A stretch of 64,000 nt of DNA, from NCBI GenBank assembly GCA_950097015.1, contig CATNEN010000007.1, positions 12,586,001-12,650,000 of the forward strand, in the 5' to 3' direction. Every line of letters starts with the position of its first letter. Positions within the stretch are counted from its first letter, which is position 1. This DNA is from Macrostomum hystrix (lineage: Eukaryota; Animalia; Platyhelminthes). Under the pieces are notes generated by a model that searched no databases, was not told where the DNA came from, and worked only from the letters and a program-made list of their open reading frames with translations. A program made the position numbers and the translations under genes. Below are positions 10,601 through 21,077 of the stretch, in pieces.

Positions 10601-13600
10601 AGACAAGAGTACAATGGAGATGCAACAGCCGTCGCCAGACGACTTCATTAAGTATTCTATTAATGACTCTACTAGCTCACTAGAGTCGAGGCATCTTATT
10701 ATTGTTATTTCTCGTGACCCTAAAATTGACAAAATGGTTACGGAAACGCTACAAACCCCTCAAACCATTAAGACGGACGCGAAATTGGACTCAAACGAAC
10801 TGTCACAACAAAATCAAACTGGTTTGAAAGAGTTGCCTGAAGACTCGAATAGCAGTATAATTGACGAAGAATCCGAAGAAAGTCAATCACATGAACCTTC
10901 GCCTCCAGGGGCAGGAAAGAAACTTTCAGCGCCACCCGTTTCTGAAACCACCGGAAATGAGACTAAAGACATGTCATCGGAGGTACTTTTAGTCCCTCAA
11001 ATTGTGTACGAATCTTCGCAATCGACTGGCGCACCACAAAAGAGTCCGGTTGTTCGAGAAGACATCTCTGAGAAGAAAAATGACCTCCAGCCTGCAGTAA
11101 ATCCCTTTCTTAAAAAGATCCCAAAAAGGTCTTTAGATGATAAGTGTGTCCATGCCGTTCCGTGCGTTGAAACTCGGTCGCCTCACACAAATACTCAGCG
11201 ACCATCGTCTCTGGATAATGTTCAAAATTCAATTCAAGTTGTGGATAGGCCAATAATATCAACTTCGAAGGAACAAGCATGCTCCGACAGGACTTTTTTA
11301 ATAAGAAAGACGCGTTTAAATGGTGCAGATCCATCCGTACCGCACAGCAATGCAGTTCAAACACAGGATGCTTATAAAGCTATCCGCAGCATCTTAAATG
11401 AAACGCTCGCCGGTGGAGCCTTGACGGACAGAAATCGACCGTTTGACCTTCAGCCGTTAAATCAGCGTCTACAAGACGCGCTCAGCAAGCGTTGTATAAC
11501 TTCATGTGATTCGTCCAAGTTTCTTCAAACTGCGTTTGCTGAGTTTGGTTCCGAATTATTTTGTCGAGTTGAAAGCAGAATTTTTGAAGCAACTGACTTG
11601 CAGTGCTTTATCGAGAGGCTCTCTTTGCTAAGCGACATGCCAGCAGACTTACAGAATCGAATTATTGAAGTAGCTTTTGTCAAGAAAGCGTGTTCTAGAC
11701 TGTCTTTGTCAAATGAATTGGACGAACCAATTTCATCTATATGGCACCTTTGCTCCGTACTAGGGAAAAATTCTGAAATCTTGGTGAGCTTCAACCACAT
11801 TAATCGAACGCTTCAATCATCAAGCTTCAAACATCCGGAGCCTTCGGAAGATTTAGTGCACAGAATTACTAAAGTTCTTCGCGAAAATAAAAAGTACTTT
11901 CATCTTTTTTTGCCTAGCTCTGCGGTCGAAAATTTGCGCTTGAAATTAAAAGCTTCTCTGCTCGAAATCAAAAGGTCTGTTACGCATGATGAATTTGTGT
12001 ATTGCTTTTCTGCCGCTTTTAGCAGCTACATCCATTGGCTGATGAATCCACTAACATCGTTAAGCCGTCTAGACTCGATCGAAGGCTTTGTCGATAGAGT
12101 TAAGTCAATCTGTGAGGCTTTTGACTGCGACTTTCCAACTGCAGGGATGGAACAGTTTAAGAGTCTTTTCGATACACAAAGATGTATAATTAATTCTTCG
12201 TCAATTTCGACGGCCTTCAGACCATTTGTACGCTGTGTTTGGTCGATTTACAAAATTGAACAGTGCCTCAAGGACGGCATGGACATGTACGAGTTAGAGA
12301 AATGCCTGTCAAAGCTTTCGCGGCTGAACATTGCGCGTTGTTATTTGACTTCTGGTACTGATCATTCGAGTTCAAGCCTACTCCATAATCTTGCAGAGTT
12401 GCCTAGACCAGTACTGTCTAGAGCTATTGAGATTCATTTTAATGAGCTATTGCGGAGCGAGTCGCTACGATTTGACTACATGCATAGAGACTCACGCATT
12501 ACATTGCTTCAACTAATTCAGAAAATGCGGAATGTTTGCCATGAACTTAATGTGTCTTTTCCTTACGGCTCTTTAGCGCCGATCATTGATAGAATCGCTT
12601 TGCGCAAGCTTGGCATTAAGCTTGGTATGTCAAGAGAACAGCTTCTCAAAGTTAAAGATCCTCTTGAGTTTGTTCAATCAGTACCTTTACGATTAAATGG
12701 AGCGGATTTCAAGCCTTTTACGATTTCTGTTTCGGATTGCCAGACACCGATTCGGGATATCTGTTCGATTTTTTGTGCGGAACTGCAGTTCAAAAAGCTA
12801 AAAAATCTAGCTGAACGCCCAATGACAGTTTCCACTCAGCTTAAAAACGCCATAGATGTTGCAGTTCAGCAACACTCTGTCCCGATGACAGAAATACGAA
12901 AGCGATTGACTGATGTTGCTAAGCAGTGTGCGAAGAAGTACGTTAGTTTTCATCTGGAGAAACATCGCTTGCAACTTGAATTTGTTTCGTCTTTTGCTCA
13001 TATCTCCGAGCGATTCAAGCAAACGTGTGAACTGGCTGGAGCCGAATTTCCATGCGCACTGTTTACAAAGATGGAGAATATTGTGTCCGCTCGTAAGAAT
13101 GCTGTAAAAGCAGGTCTGCCAGACTTTTTAGTTGCGTCAGTGGATTCCAATTTTGAACTAGAAGTCGCGCTGAAACAATTCTCACGCTTCGTCGAATTAA
13201 AGAGAAACAATAAAGTATCCGACATAGTAGAATTAACTATGCACCCAATCGCTAGCCTGGGTGAATTGCAAGCACACGCTTGTTCGATTGCTAGCAAGAA
13301 ACAGTGTCGTGTTGAACCTGCGGCAAAATCATCCAATAGTGATCCAATAGTCAATAGTGCTCTCTTGACTGAAAAATCGATGTCCAAACATTCGAGCTCA
13401 GTGCCTTCCGATACTGCCATTGGTATAGAGAGAGCTTATCAAGACAGGCGCACCTGTAAAAATTCGTCTGATGATTTGGATTTTTTCGAATCACGAACTT
13501 CGGCTGTCTGCATGCTACGCGAAGATCCGTTTGTGTTGGCAAGTAGCGACTGTGTCGTTAAGAGCATCGACGAGCCTTTTTCCGGCGGAAATTCTACTTG

Positions 13601-15041
13601 CAAGCTGTGGGGGCATACATTTGCCACTCGCGGTATCCGTGAAGGAAAATTCTACTTCGAAGCAGTCCTGCTATCCGAGTATGAACAATATAATCAAAGA
13701 AACGCTTTTCGTGTCGGCTGGAGTCTAGTGCCAAGACTAGATTTTTCAATTAATGATTACCATCTTCCAGGAATGGATGTTCATAGCTTTGCTTTTTCCT
13801 CCAAAGGCTACGTAATTTCTGAAGGTGTCTTTCACGAAGTGCCCAATCTCAAATGTGCGGTTGGTGACCGTGTCGCAGTCACGATCGAGATACAACAAAT
13901 CGATGAAGATTCAGCGCATGCCATCTTTACTATTACAGTCGCTTCATCTCCATCCGGCCAGCACTTAGCAAGAAAGTCTGACTGCTTCAAAATCACCTAT
14001 CCTTTAAACAGTACTATTCAGGACAGGCTATGGTTGCCGCATATCGCTGTACTAAACTCCAAAGTGCGACTGAGCTTTGAACGAATTTCTTCATCATCAG
14101 CCCGTCCGCCTGGCTTCTTACCGATTGCTTATGACATAGCATTGCCAATCGCAACTGCTGAGCCGCCTCAACAGCCAGAAGTCATCTTCAACGTCGGACT
14201 GCCATTTTCAGGAAAGTCTAGGTACGCTAGGACTTTAAAAGCTGTCCAGCCCGATTCGGGATTTGTTACTGTGAGCTTGGACGTTCTAATTGCGAAGTTT
14301 ATCGCTCCAGAACTTGGTGAATCGTTAGATTGTCATCAAACCATAGATGCACTCGTTAAATATCTAGAGACATCAGGAAACGAACTTCTCACCATGCTCA
14401 TGCGGCATGCAATCGAAAAGGGAGCCAATGTGATAGTAGATCTCTGTAACTTAGCTGAAAGCACCCGACGAGGGCGAGTTGAATTATTTGGCCCCGGCTA
14501 TTCGCCTAAAGCAATTGTCTTTTGTCCTGGCCCTAGAGTCACTGAAGTAATACAAAGAAAGGTGCTGAATTCTCGCAGACAAGAGCGCCTCTCAAATGCA
14601 TATTATTACTTGCAAGCTAACGTGCAATTTCCGCGTTTACGGGCAACAGAGTTCGAAAACGTGTCCCTCTTCGACGGAGTCATCGAGAACATGATGTTGA
14701 CCCGAGAGCAGGAGTTGCATCTAGAGGCTAGCTTAATGGGCTACTTTCCTGGCGATCGTGACGAATTTATCATGGAGGTATACTGTCGGTTCGGCCGAGA
14801 CGTTCCTACCTCTGCTGTTCAGATCAGCAGCCCGAATACTGCTGCTCGAGGGCAATTGCAGCTGCTGCCGCCTGTTCAAGATTCGTCGCTTATCGACCGG
14901 CCGCTCGCGCCGGCGGCAGCACCGGTGCACCAGCCGGTATACCAACTCAATTTGCTAAGTGAACAGCTTGGAATCTGTCCACGAGTCGCTTCCTACGGTC
15001 AGCCAGATCCGCTGACCTCGGAGGGACATAACACTGACTGA
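7641..15041 (+). CDS. Very large hnRNP-U/hnRNPUL-like protein: N-terminal 52-aa repeats, central helical repeats, SPRY domain and P-loop (AAA/PNK-like) domain; 2466 aa, single ORF
   Basis: SPRY-like LWGHTFATRGIREGKFYFE...RVGWSL...WLPHIAVLN (from ~13605), Walker A VGLPFSGKS (14193-14219), then NVIVDLCN and KAIVFCP, in the order and spacing of the hnRNP U SPRY-AAA module. Acceptor-like TTCTCCCGTTCCAG ends at 7588. Confidence 0.8.
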   Translation: MSLDHSRLPVVVLKRSFELDQIARCSSPPPVQLLPSEAFTTAIEVPVENTASKKRTRIVCVRKSQKRRLLQQEDGLLVLAVTNSVTSSIAQENSNLPVISADAATEATTVKKQKKCDGSCESQILQMGNRDTETLSASAPASSSSNDDPASHNITVDASSKKKKRHSSSRSQKQSVRSDDRDSKVTAVAEASGSNNVDADYPTQDEVVDANSKKKKRHSSSRSQKQSVQSDDRDSKVTAVAEASGSNNVDADYPTQDEVVDASSKKKKRYSSSRSQKQSVQSDDHDSKVTAVAEASGSNNVDADPPTQDEVVDASSKKKKRYSSSRSQKQSVQSDDHDSKVTAVAEASGSNNVDADYPTQDEVVDASSKKKKRYSSSRSQKQSVQSDDHDSKVTAVAEASGSNNFDADPPTQDEVVDASSKKNKRHSSSRSQKQSVQSDDRDSKVTAVAEASGSNNFDADYPTQDEVVDANSKKNKRHSSSRSQKQSVQSDDRDSKVTAVAEASGSNNVDADYPTQDEVVDASSKKKKRYSSSRSQKQSVQSDDHDSKVTAVAEASGSNNVDADPPTQDEVVDASSKKKKRYSSSRSQKQSVQSDDHDSKVTAVAEASGSNNVDADYPTQDEVVDASSKKKKRYSSSRSQKQSVQSDDHDSKVTAVAEASGSNNFDADPPTQDEVVDASSKKNKRHSSSRSQKQSVQSDDRDSKVTAVAEASGSNNFDADYPTQDEVVDANSKKNKRHSSSRSQKQSVQSDDRDSKVTAVAEASGSNNVDADPPTQDEVVDASSKKKKRYSSSRSQKQSVQSDDRDSKVTAVAEASGSINFDADYPTQDEVVDASSKKNKRHSSSRSQKQSVQSDDHDSKVTAVAEASGSNNFDADPPTQDEVVDASSKKNKRHSSSRSQKQSVQSDDRDSKVTAVAEASGSSNVDADYPTQDEVVDANSKKNKRHSSSRSQKQSVRSDDRDSKVTAVVETIGNFDSDRPKSVNIIEDKSTMEMQQPSPDDFIKYSINDSTSSLESRHLIIVISRDPKIDKMVTETLQTPQTIKTDAKLDSNELSQQNQTGLKELPEDSNSSIIDEESEESQSHEPSPPGAGKKLSAPPVSETTGNETKDMSSEVLLVPQIVYESSQSTGAPQKSPVVREDISEKKNDLQPAVNPFLKKIPKRSLDDKCVHAVPCVETRSPHTNTQRPSSLDNVQNSIQVVDRPIISTSKEQACSDRTFLIRKTRLNGADPSVPHSNAVQTQDAYKAIRSILNETLAGGALTDRNRPFDLQPLNQRLQDALSKRCITSCDSSKFLQTAFAEFGSELFCRVESRIFEATDLQCFIERLSLLSDMPADLQNRIIEVAFVKKACSRLSLSNELDEPISSIWHLCSVLGKNSEILVSFNHINRTLQSSSFKHPEPSEDLVHRITKVLRENKKYFHLFLPSSAVENLRLKLKASLLEIKRSVTHDEFVYCFSAAFSSYIHWLMNPLTSLSRLDSIEGFVDRVKSICEAFDCDFPTAGMEQFKSLFDTQRCIINSSSISTAFRPFVRCVWSIYKIEQCLKDGMDMYELEKCLSKLSRLNIARCYLTSGTDHSSSSLLHNLAELPRPVLSRAIEIHFNELLRSESLRFDYMHRDSRITLLQLIQKMRNVCHELNVSFPYGSLAPIIDRIALRKLGIKLGMSREQLLKVKDPLEFVQSVPLRLNGADFKPFTISVSDCQTPIRDICSIFCAELQFKKLKNLAERPMTVSTQLKNAIDVAVQQHSVPMTEIRKRLTDVAKQCAKKYVSFHLEKHRLQLEFVSSFAHISERFKQTCELAGAEFPCALFTKMENIVSARKNAVKAGLPDFLVASVDSNFELEVALKQFSRFVELKRNNKVSDIVELTMHPIASLGELQAHACSIASKKQCRVEPAAKSSNSDPIVNSALLTEKSMSKHSSSVPSDTAIGIERAYQDRRTCKNSSDDLDFFESRTSAVCMLREDPFVLASSDCVVKSIDEPFSGGNSTCKLWGHTFATRGIREGKFYFEAVLLSEYEQYNQRNAFRVGWSLVPRLDFSINDYHLPGMDVHSFAFSSKGYVISEGVFHEVPNLKCAVGDRVAVTIEIQQIDEDSAHAIFTITVASSPSGQHLARKSDCFKITYPLNSTIQDRLWLPHIAVLNSKVRLSFERISSSSARPPGFLPIAYDIALPIATAEPPQQPEVIFNVGLPFSGKSRYARTLKAVQPDSGFVTVSLDVLIAKFIAPELGESLDCHQTIDALVKYLETSGNELLTMLMRHAIEKGANVIVDLCNLAESTRRGRVELFGPGYSPKAIVFCPGPRVTEVIQRKVLNSRRQERLSNAYYYLQANVQFPRLRATEFENVSLFDGVIENMMLTREQELHLEASLMGYFPGDRDEFIMEVYCRFGRDVPTSAVQISSPNTAARGQLQLLPPVQDSSLIDRPLAPAAAPVHQPVYQLNLLSEQLGICPRVASYGQPDPLTSEGHNTD
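8105..10545 (+). repeat. Coding tandem repeat, 156-bp/52-aa unit, ~15.6 copies, with a 780-bp (5-unit) higher-order duplication
   Basis: Unit VDASSKKKKRHSSSRSQKQSVQSDDRDSKVTAVAEASGSNNVDADYPTQDEV. Sequence at ~8290-9176 is repeated at ~9070-9956. Confidence 0.95.
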
Positions 15042-16124
15042 GTCCAGACGGCATGGCTTTTTCTAAAGTTTTTACGAGTGTGGTTTGCTCTTTTACCGTC
15101 GTTAAAATTTATACTGAATATTTCATAGAATAAGCCATCCGTGCTTGTTTTCTCATATTTTGCATCTTTAATGTAAGCCCGTATTTTTAGCTCAACACTG
15201 CGAGGCACATGCATTAGGTCCACAACTCAGTTGCAGCCAACTTATAGATAGACAGTTTAGAAATTAACGTGAACAAGAGAAAGTTTTTTAGCTGCTACGT
15301 GGATTGCTTACTCGACTTCACCTGGAGGCCAATGGCTTATTCCGCCGAAGCCATTCGAGCTTTGAAGTAATCGAACTAAAAGATGAATGATCTTAGCTCA
15401 AGATATTTGTTTTTGAAGTTTCTATTGCTTCTAACTGCCGTTATGCAGCTAAAATACTTTCTGAACGAATGTAGCGAGTTGGTGCTGTGTGCGTTCTGTA
15501 TACACGCAGCAAATACTCGAGTATTTCAGTATTTTTAAGTAAGTCACCCGCGATTGAGAATTAGTCATGCAGAATGGTAAAGTTTGGTGGATTGACGAAC
15601 ACAGGATCCCACAGGCACATCCTGCATGCTGTGCCCTCCATATCGTGTTTTGGTTTACACCCATTGATTTTTGTATTTTTCATTTGCCTATTCTCTTCAT
15701 GTCTACTTAATGCTTCATTGTTCATAACTTTATGCAATTGTATCGATTTTTCGCAATAATTACTTCATCATTTTACTCCGTTTATTTTTCAAAGAACTTA
15801 TGTCGCCTGTCTGTTAGTTCGCTTTTTTATTTCCTATCGGTGATGGTCGGTGGCCAGCTCTGGCGTTTTCACTGGATTCGACTGCATTTAGTGTTGTTTG
15901 ATGATCAGATCGGCTATCATCATGTTAGTTAGTCTATATATACTCGTATATTCATTGCACTGTTCGTTTGGCTATTTTATAATTATTTATTGGACCATCT
16001 CTATGCGACGCAGTTGTTCCGTTATTGCCGCTTTTGCAGTTTTTGTTCAAAACTAAATGCATACGTTTCCTGTTTGCTAGTCTTGACTTGAATTTTAATC
16101 GCTCATGAGCAGGTTTAGTCAAAT

Positions 16125-16548
16125 GTGCTCAAACTCTAGTCATTTGGTGAGCAGTTGCAGTGGGTATTAGGGAATCGAGTCCAGTTCAGTGCTCAAACTC
16201 TAGTCATTTGGTGAGCAGTTGCAGTGGGTATTAGGGAATCGAGTCCAGTTCAGTGCTCAAACTCTAGTCATTTTGTGAGCAGTTGCAGTGAGTATTAGGG
16301 AGTTGAGTCCAGTTCAGTGCTCAAACTCTAGTCATTTGGTGAGCAGTTGCAGTGGGTATTAGGGAATCGAGTCCAGTTCAGTGCTCAAACTCTAGTCATT
16401 TTGTGTGCAGTTGCAGTGAGTATTAGGGAGTTGAGTCCAGTTCAGTGCTCAAACTGTAGTCATTTGGTGAGCAGTTGCAGTGAGTATTAGGGAGTTGAGT
16501 CCAGTTCAGTGCTCAAACTGTAGTCATTTGGTGAGCAGTTGCAGTGAG
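16125..16548. repeat. 64-bp minisatellite, ~6.6 copies
   Basis: GTGCTCAAACTCTAGTCATTTGGTGAGCAGTTGCAGTGGGTATTAGGGAATCGAGTCCAGTTCA repeated. Confidence 0.95.
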
Positions 16549-16608
16549 GAATTAGCTCCATAGATGATTATTACAATATGAATAATTGGTTCGAATCTGC
16601 CCTTGCAG

Positions 16609-19219
16609 CGCCGGTGGCGAGGTATTTCCCGTTTTCAGCGCCGCCTGGTGCTGCTGCTGCTGCTACTGGCCCTGTTCGTGTTCTGGTTCGCCCTGCCCCG
16701 GGTTGCCGTTGTTGAGCAGTCTGCCAAGCGTGACATGCAGATGGCGGAGCCGCTGGAGGAGGCCCAGCAGAATGATAAACGTGAGTCTGGCTGAAATAGT
16801 GGCGGCTAAGTTCTAGTATCTGTGCTTGAGGGTTCAGTCCTGGGGTCTGTGGTGAGGGTTCAGTCCTGGGGTCTGGGGTGAGGGTTCAGTCCTGGGGTCT
16901 GGGGTGAGGGTTCAGTCCTGGGGTGAGGGTTCAGTCCTGGTGTCTAGGGTGAGGGTTCAGTCCTGGTGTCTAGGGTGAGGGTTCAGTCCTGGTGTCTAGG
17001 GTGAGGGTTCAGTCCTGGGGTCTAAGGTGAGGGTTCAGTCCTGGGGTCTGGGGTGAGGGTTCAGTCCCGGGGTCTGGGGTGAGGGTTCAGTCCTGGGGTC
17101 TGGGGTGAGGGTTCAGTCCTCGTGTCTAGGGTGAGGGTTCAGTCCTGGTGTCTAGGGTGAGGGTTCAGTCCTGGTGTCTAGGGTGAGGGTTCAGTCCTGG
17201 TGTCTAGGGTGAGGGTTCAGTCCTGGGGTCTGGGTGAGGGTTCAGTCCTGGTGTCTGGGGTGAGGGTTCAGTCCTGGGATCTGGATGCGGTGGCCATACC
17301 TGAGAACTATTCGACTATCGAATTATTCGATCCGCGCCCAATTAGCCCATCACAACCGCCCTCACTCCTCAGCCCGAGCGCACTACGCAGCCGCAGCATC
17401 AACTGCCTCATCGACAGCCGCGCCGCCAAAACCTCCACAGCAGCCGCAGCCGGTGGTCCCGGAGACCCACCGGTCGCAGTCTCCGCCGCCGCTGCCGCTA
17501 GGCTTGCCGCTCGGCCGCCTGTCAGAGGCAGCACCCAGCCGGCGGCAGCTGGCTGTGCTGGACGCCATGCGCCATTCGTGGCGAGCCTACGAGCTGTACG
17601 CCTGGGGCAAGGACGAGGTGCACCCGCTGTCCAGGTGCGCCATTCTGCAAGTCCTAACTCAGTGCATTCATATGTACTAACCTTATCTGCCCCCTGCAGT
17701 AGTCCGCACTCCCCCAACCTCCCTGACTCGTTGCAGATCCTCCAGCGTGTGGATGGGCGCTGGCCTGACCCTCATCGACTCGCTAGACACGCTCATGATC
17801 ATGGGCATGACCCAGCAGGTCGCCAAAGCACGCGAGTGGGTCGCCACCCAACTCAACTTTGACGTTGACAAGCCGCACACGAATGTGTTCGAGACCACCA
17901 TCCGCCTGTTGGGCGGCCTGCTGTCCGCCTATCACCTGTCCAACGATTCGCTGTACCTGGACCGCGCCCTACAGCTCGGCCTGCGCCTCCTGCCCGCTTT
18001 CAAGTCGCCCTCTGGCCTGCCCTACAGCGACATCAACCTCCACTCCGGCCAGGCCGCCAACCCCGTCTGGACTGTTGAGTCTTCCACGTCTGAGGTTGGC
18101 CTGTAGGGCATGTTTGACCTGCTGCATCCCCGCCCTACCTGCAGCCTCCCCAACCTACCTGCTGCCTCCCCGCCCTACCTGCAGCCTCCTCAACCTACCT
18201 GCTGCCTCCCCGCCTTACCTGCTGCCTCAACAATCTGCCTGCAGCTTTCTCACTCACTCACTGCTGCCTTCCCACCTGAAATCACCACCCATTCGCTCTG
18301 CCAGGTGTCGTCGGTGCAGCTGGAGCTCCGCGAGCTGTCCCGCCTGACCGGCCGGCAGGAGTTCGCGGAGGCAGCGGACCGCATCAGCCGCGTGCTGCAC
18401 TCGGCCGCCAAGCAGGATGGCCTGGTGCCGATCTACGTGAACTCGGCCACCGGCCGATTTCAGACGGGCGCCACCGTCTCGCTGGGCGCCAGGGGGGACA
18501 GCTACTACGAGTACCTCATCAAGCAGTACGTGCAGTCGGGCAAGTCGCGCGACTTCGACTACCTTCGCAACGACTGGCTGGACGCGGTGGCGGGCATCGC
18601 CAAGCACCTGGTGCGCGAGTCCCAGCCGCGCCGATTCAAATTTGTCGGCGAGCTGCTGGGCGGCAGCAGCTTCTCGCCCAAAATGGACCACCTCGTCTGC
18701 TTCCTGCCCGGTGCCCTGGCCTACGGCTTCCTGCACGGCATGCCCAAGGACCACCTGGTGCTCGCCGAGCAGCTCATGCGCACCTGCTACGTCACCTACA
18801 CCGCCACGGCCACGGGTCTGGCGCCCGAGATCACACACTTTAACACGGACCCCAACTCAGTGTCCGACACCTTCATCAAGCCGCTGGACCGGCACAACAT
18901 TCAGCGGCCGGAGACCGTGGAGTCCCTGTTTTACATGTGGCGCGTCACCGGCGACAGGAAGTACCAGGACTGGGGCTGGGCCATCTTCCAAGCGTTCGAG
19001 AAGTACACCAAGGTGCAGCCTGCCGGCTACGTCAGCATCAGCGACGTGACCAACGCCGGCAACCCGGGCAAGCGAACCAAGTGCGAGTCGTTCTGGTTCG
19101 CCGAGACTCTCAAGTATTTCTTCCTGCTGTTCTCCGAGGACAGCAACCTGCTACCGCTGGACAAGTGGCTGTTCAACACAGAGGCTCACCCACTGCCCAT
19201 CTGGCCCCGCGCAGTCTGA
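16609..19219 (+). CDS. MAN1B1: ER mannosyl-oligosaccharide alpha-1,2-mannosidase (GH47, MAN1B1-like). Exons 16609-16780, 17373-17634, 17737-18094, 18305-19219; start codon not in exon 1
   Basis: Type II signal anchor (RRWRGISRFQRRLVLLLLLL) and GH47 motifs YAWGKDE, GLTLIDSLDT, NVFETTIRLLGGLLSAY, GARGDSYYEY, MDHLVCF, QRPETVES, ESFWFAETLKY, FNTEAHP. The GT-AG introns join in phases 1, 2, 0 into one frame (1707 nt). Confidence 0.93.
16828..17285. repeat. 26-bp G-rich minisatellite in mannosidase intron 1, ~17 copies
   Basis: GAGGGTTCAGTCCTGGGGTCTGGGGT repeated. Confidence 0.95.
18134..18245. repeat. ~20-bp degenerate repeat in mannosidase intron 3
   Basis: CCTACCTGC(A/T)GCCTCCCC(AA/GC), about 5 copies. 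Confidence 0.8.
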
Positions 19220-19358
19220 GGAATGAACTGCTCTATCAGTTTAGAGTATTTGCATTGTTTGTTAATCTAGTGCAGCTCTGAGTTCTGCTCACACAAGTAG
19301 ATTGATAATCAAATAGATTATTTCCTTCTTTAGCGCATTGTCCGCTTCCGGATGTATC

Positions 19359-19380
19359 AACACACACACACACACACACA
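19359..19380. repeat. (AC)n microsatellite
   Basis: About 11 AC units. Confidence 0.9.
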
Positions 19381-19791
19381 TCAGCACCACTGAGAGTATT
19401 TTGCTTGACTGATAATAAGCTGCACTGAACTATTCAACTTTATCTTTTATGCAGTTTTGAGGTCACTGCAACTGCTCTACACTTGTTTTTCTGTTTTCTG
19501 GCTCAGCTTCATTCGGTTGTTATTATTACCTTGTTGCATAATTTTTCTTGGCATTTTCTTACTGGTGTGTGCTGTTTGCCTGTCCGTTTGTCTGCCTGCC
19601 AGCCCACATGATTAAAAAAACTTAATTTCAATAAATTGATGCTGTCATTTAGACATAGACAAATAAATGATAGAAATATTCTATTCTAGATTGTAAACCG
19701 CTGTATTGTGTCTGCAATTTTATCCACTTTACAAAAATATAATTTGTAGCTCTCGTGCCAAAAACGAAATAACTAAATCGCATCACATCTT

Positions 19792-21040
19792 GCCCATGCC
19801 TCACTCCACCGCTGGCCCATGCCTCACTCCACCGCTGGCCCATGCCTCACTTCACCGCTGACCCATGCCTCACTCCACCGCTGGCCCATGCCTCACTCCA
19901 CCGCTGGCCCATGCCTCACTTCACCGCTGACCCATGCCTCACTTCACCGCTGACCCATGCCTCACTCCACCGCTGGCCCATGCCTCACTTCACCGCTGAC
20001 CCATGCCTCACTCCACCGCTGGCCCATGCCTCACTCCACCGCTGGCCCATGCCTCACTTCACCGCTGACCCATGCCTCACTCCACCGCTGGCCCATGCCT
20101 CACTTCACCGCTGACCCATGCCTCACTCCACCGCTGACCCATGCCTCACTCCACCGCTGGCCCATGCCTCACTTCACCGCTGACCCATGCCTCACTCCAC
20201 CGTTGGCCCATGCCTCACTCCACCGCTGGCCCATGCCTCACTTCACCGCTGACCCATGCCTCACTCCACCGCTGGCCCATGCCTCACTTCACCGCTGACC
20301 CATGCCTCACTCCACCGCTGGCCCATGCCTCACTTCACCGCTGACCCATGCCTCACTCCACCGCTGGCCCATGCCTCACTCCACCGCTGGCCCATGCCTC
20401 ACTTCACCGCTGGCCCATGCCTCACTTCACCGCTGACCCATGCCTCACTCCACCGCTGGCCCATGCCTCACTCCACCGCTGACCCATGCCTCACTCCACC
20501 GCTGGCCCATGCCTCACTTCACCACTGACCCATGCCTCACTCCACCGCTGGCCCATGCCTCACTCCACCGCTGGCCCATGCCTCACTTCACCGCTGACCC
20601 ATGCCTCACTCCACCGCTGGCCCATGCCTCACTCCACCGCTGACCCATGCCTCACTCCACCGCTGGCCCATGCCTCACTTCACCGCTGACCCATGCCTCA
20701 CTCCACCGCTGGCCCATGCCTCACTCCACCGCTGGCCCATGCCTCACTTCACCGCTGACCCATGCCTCACTCCACCGCTGGCCCATGCCTCACTCCACCG
20801 CTGGCCCATGCCTCACTTCACCGCTGGCCATTGCCTCACTTCACCGCTGACCCATGCCTCACTCCACCGCTGACCCATGACTCACTCCACCGCTGACCCA
20901 TGCCTCACTCCACCGCTGGCCCATGCCTCACTCCACCGCTGACCCATGACTCACTCCACCGCTGACCCATGACTCACTCCACCGCTGACCCATGACTCAC
21001 TCCACCGCTGACCCATGACTCACTCCACCGCTGACCCATG
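19792..21040. repeat. 23-bp minisatellite, ~54 copies, two interspersed variants
   Basis: CCCATGCCTCACT(C/T)CACCGCTG(G/A). Ends ~27 nt before the acceptor at 21067. Confidence 0.95.
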
Positions 21041-21077
21041 TCACATTCCCCACCCCTCCGGTTTCAGCGCTGCGCCA

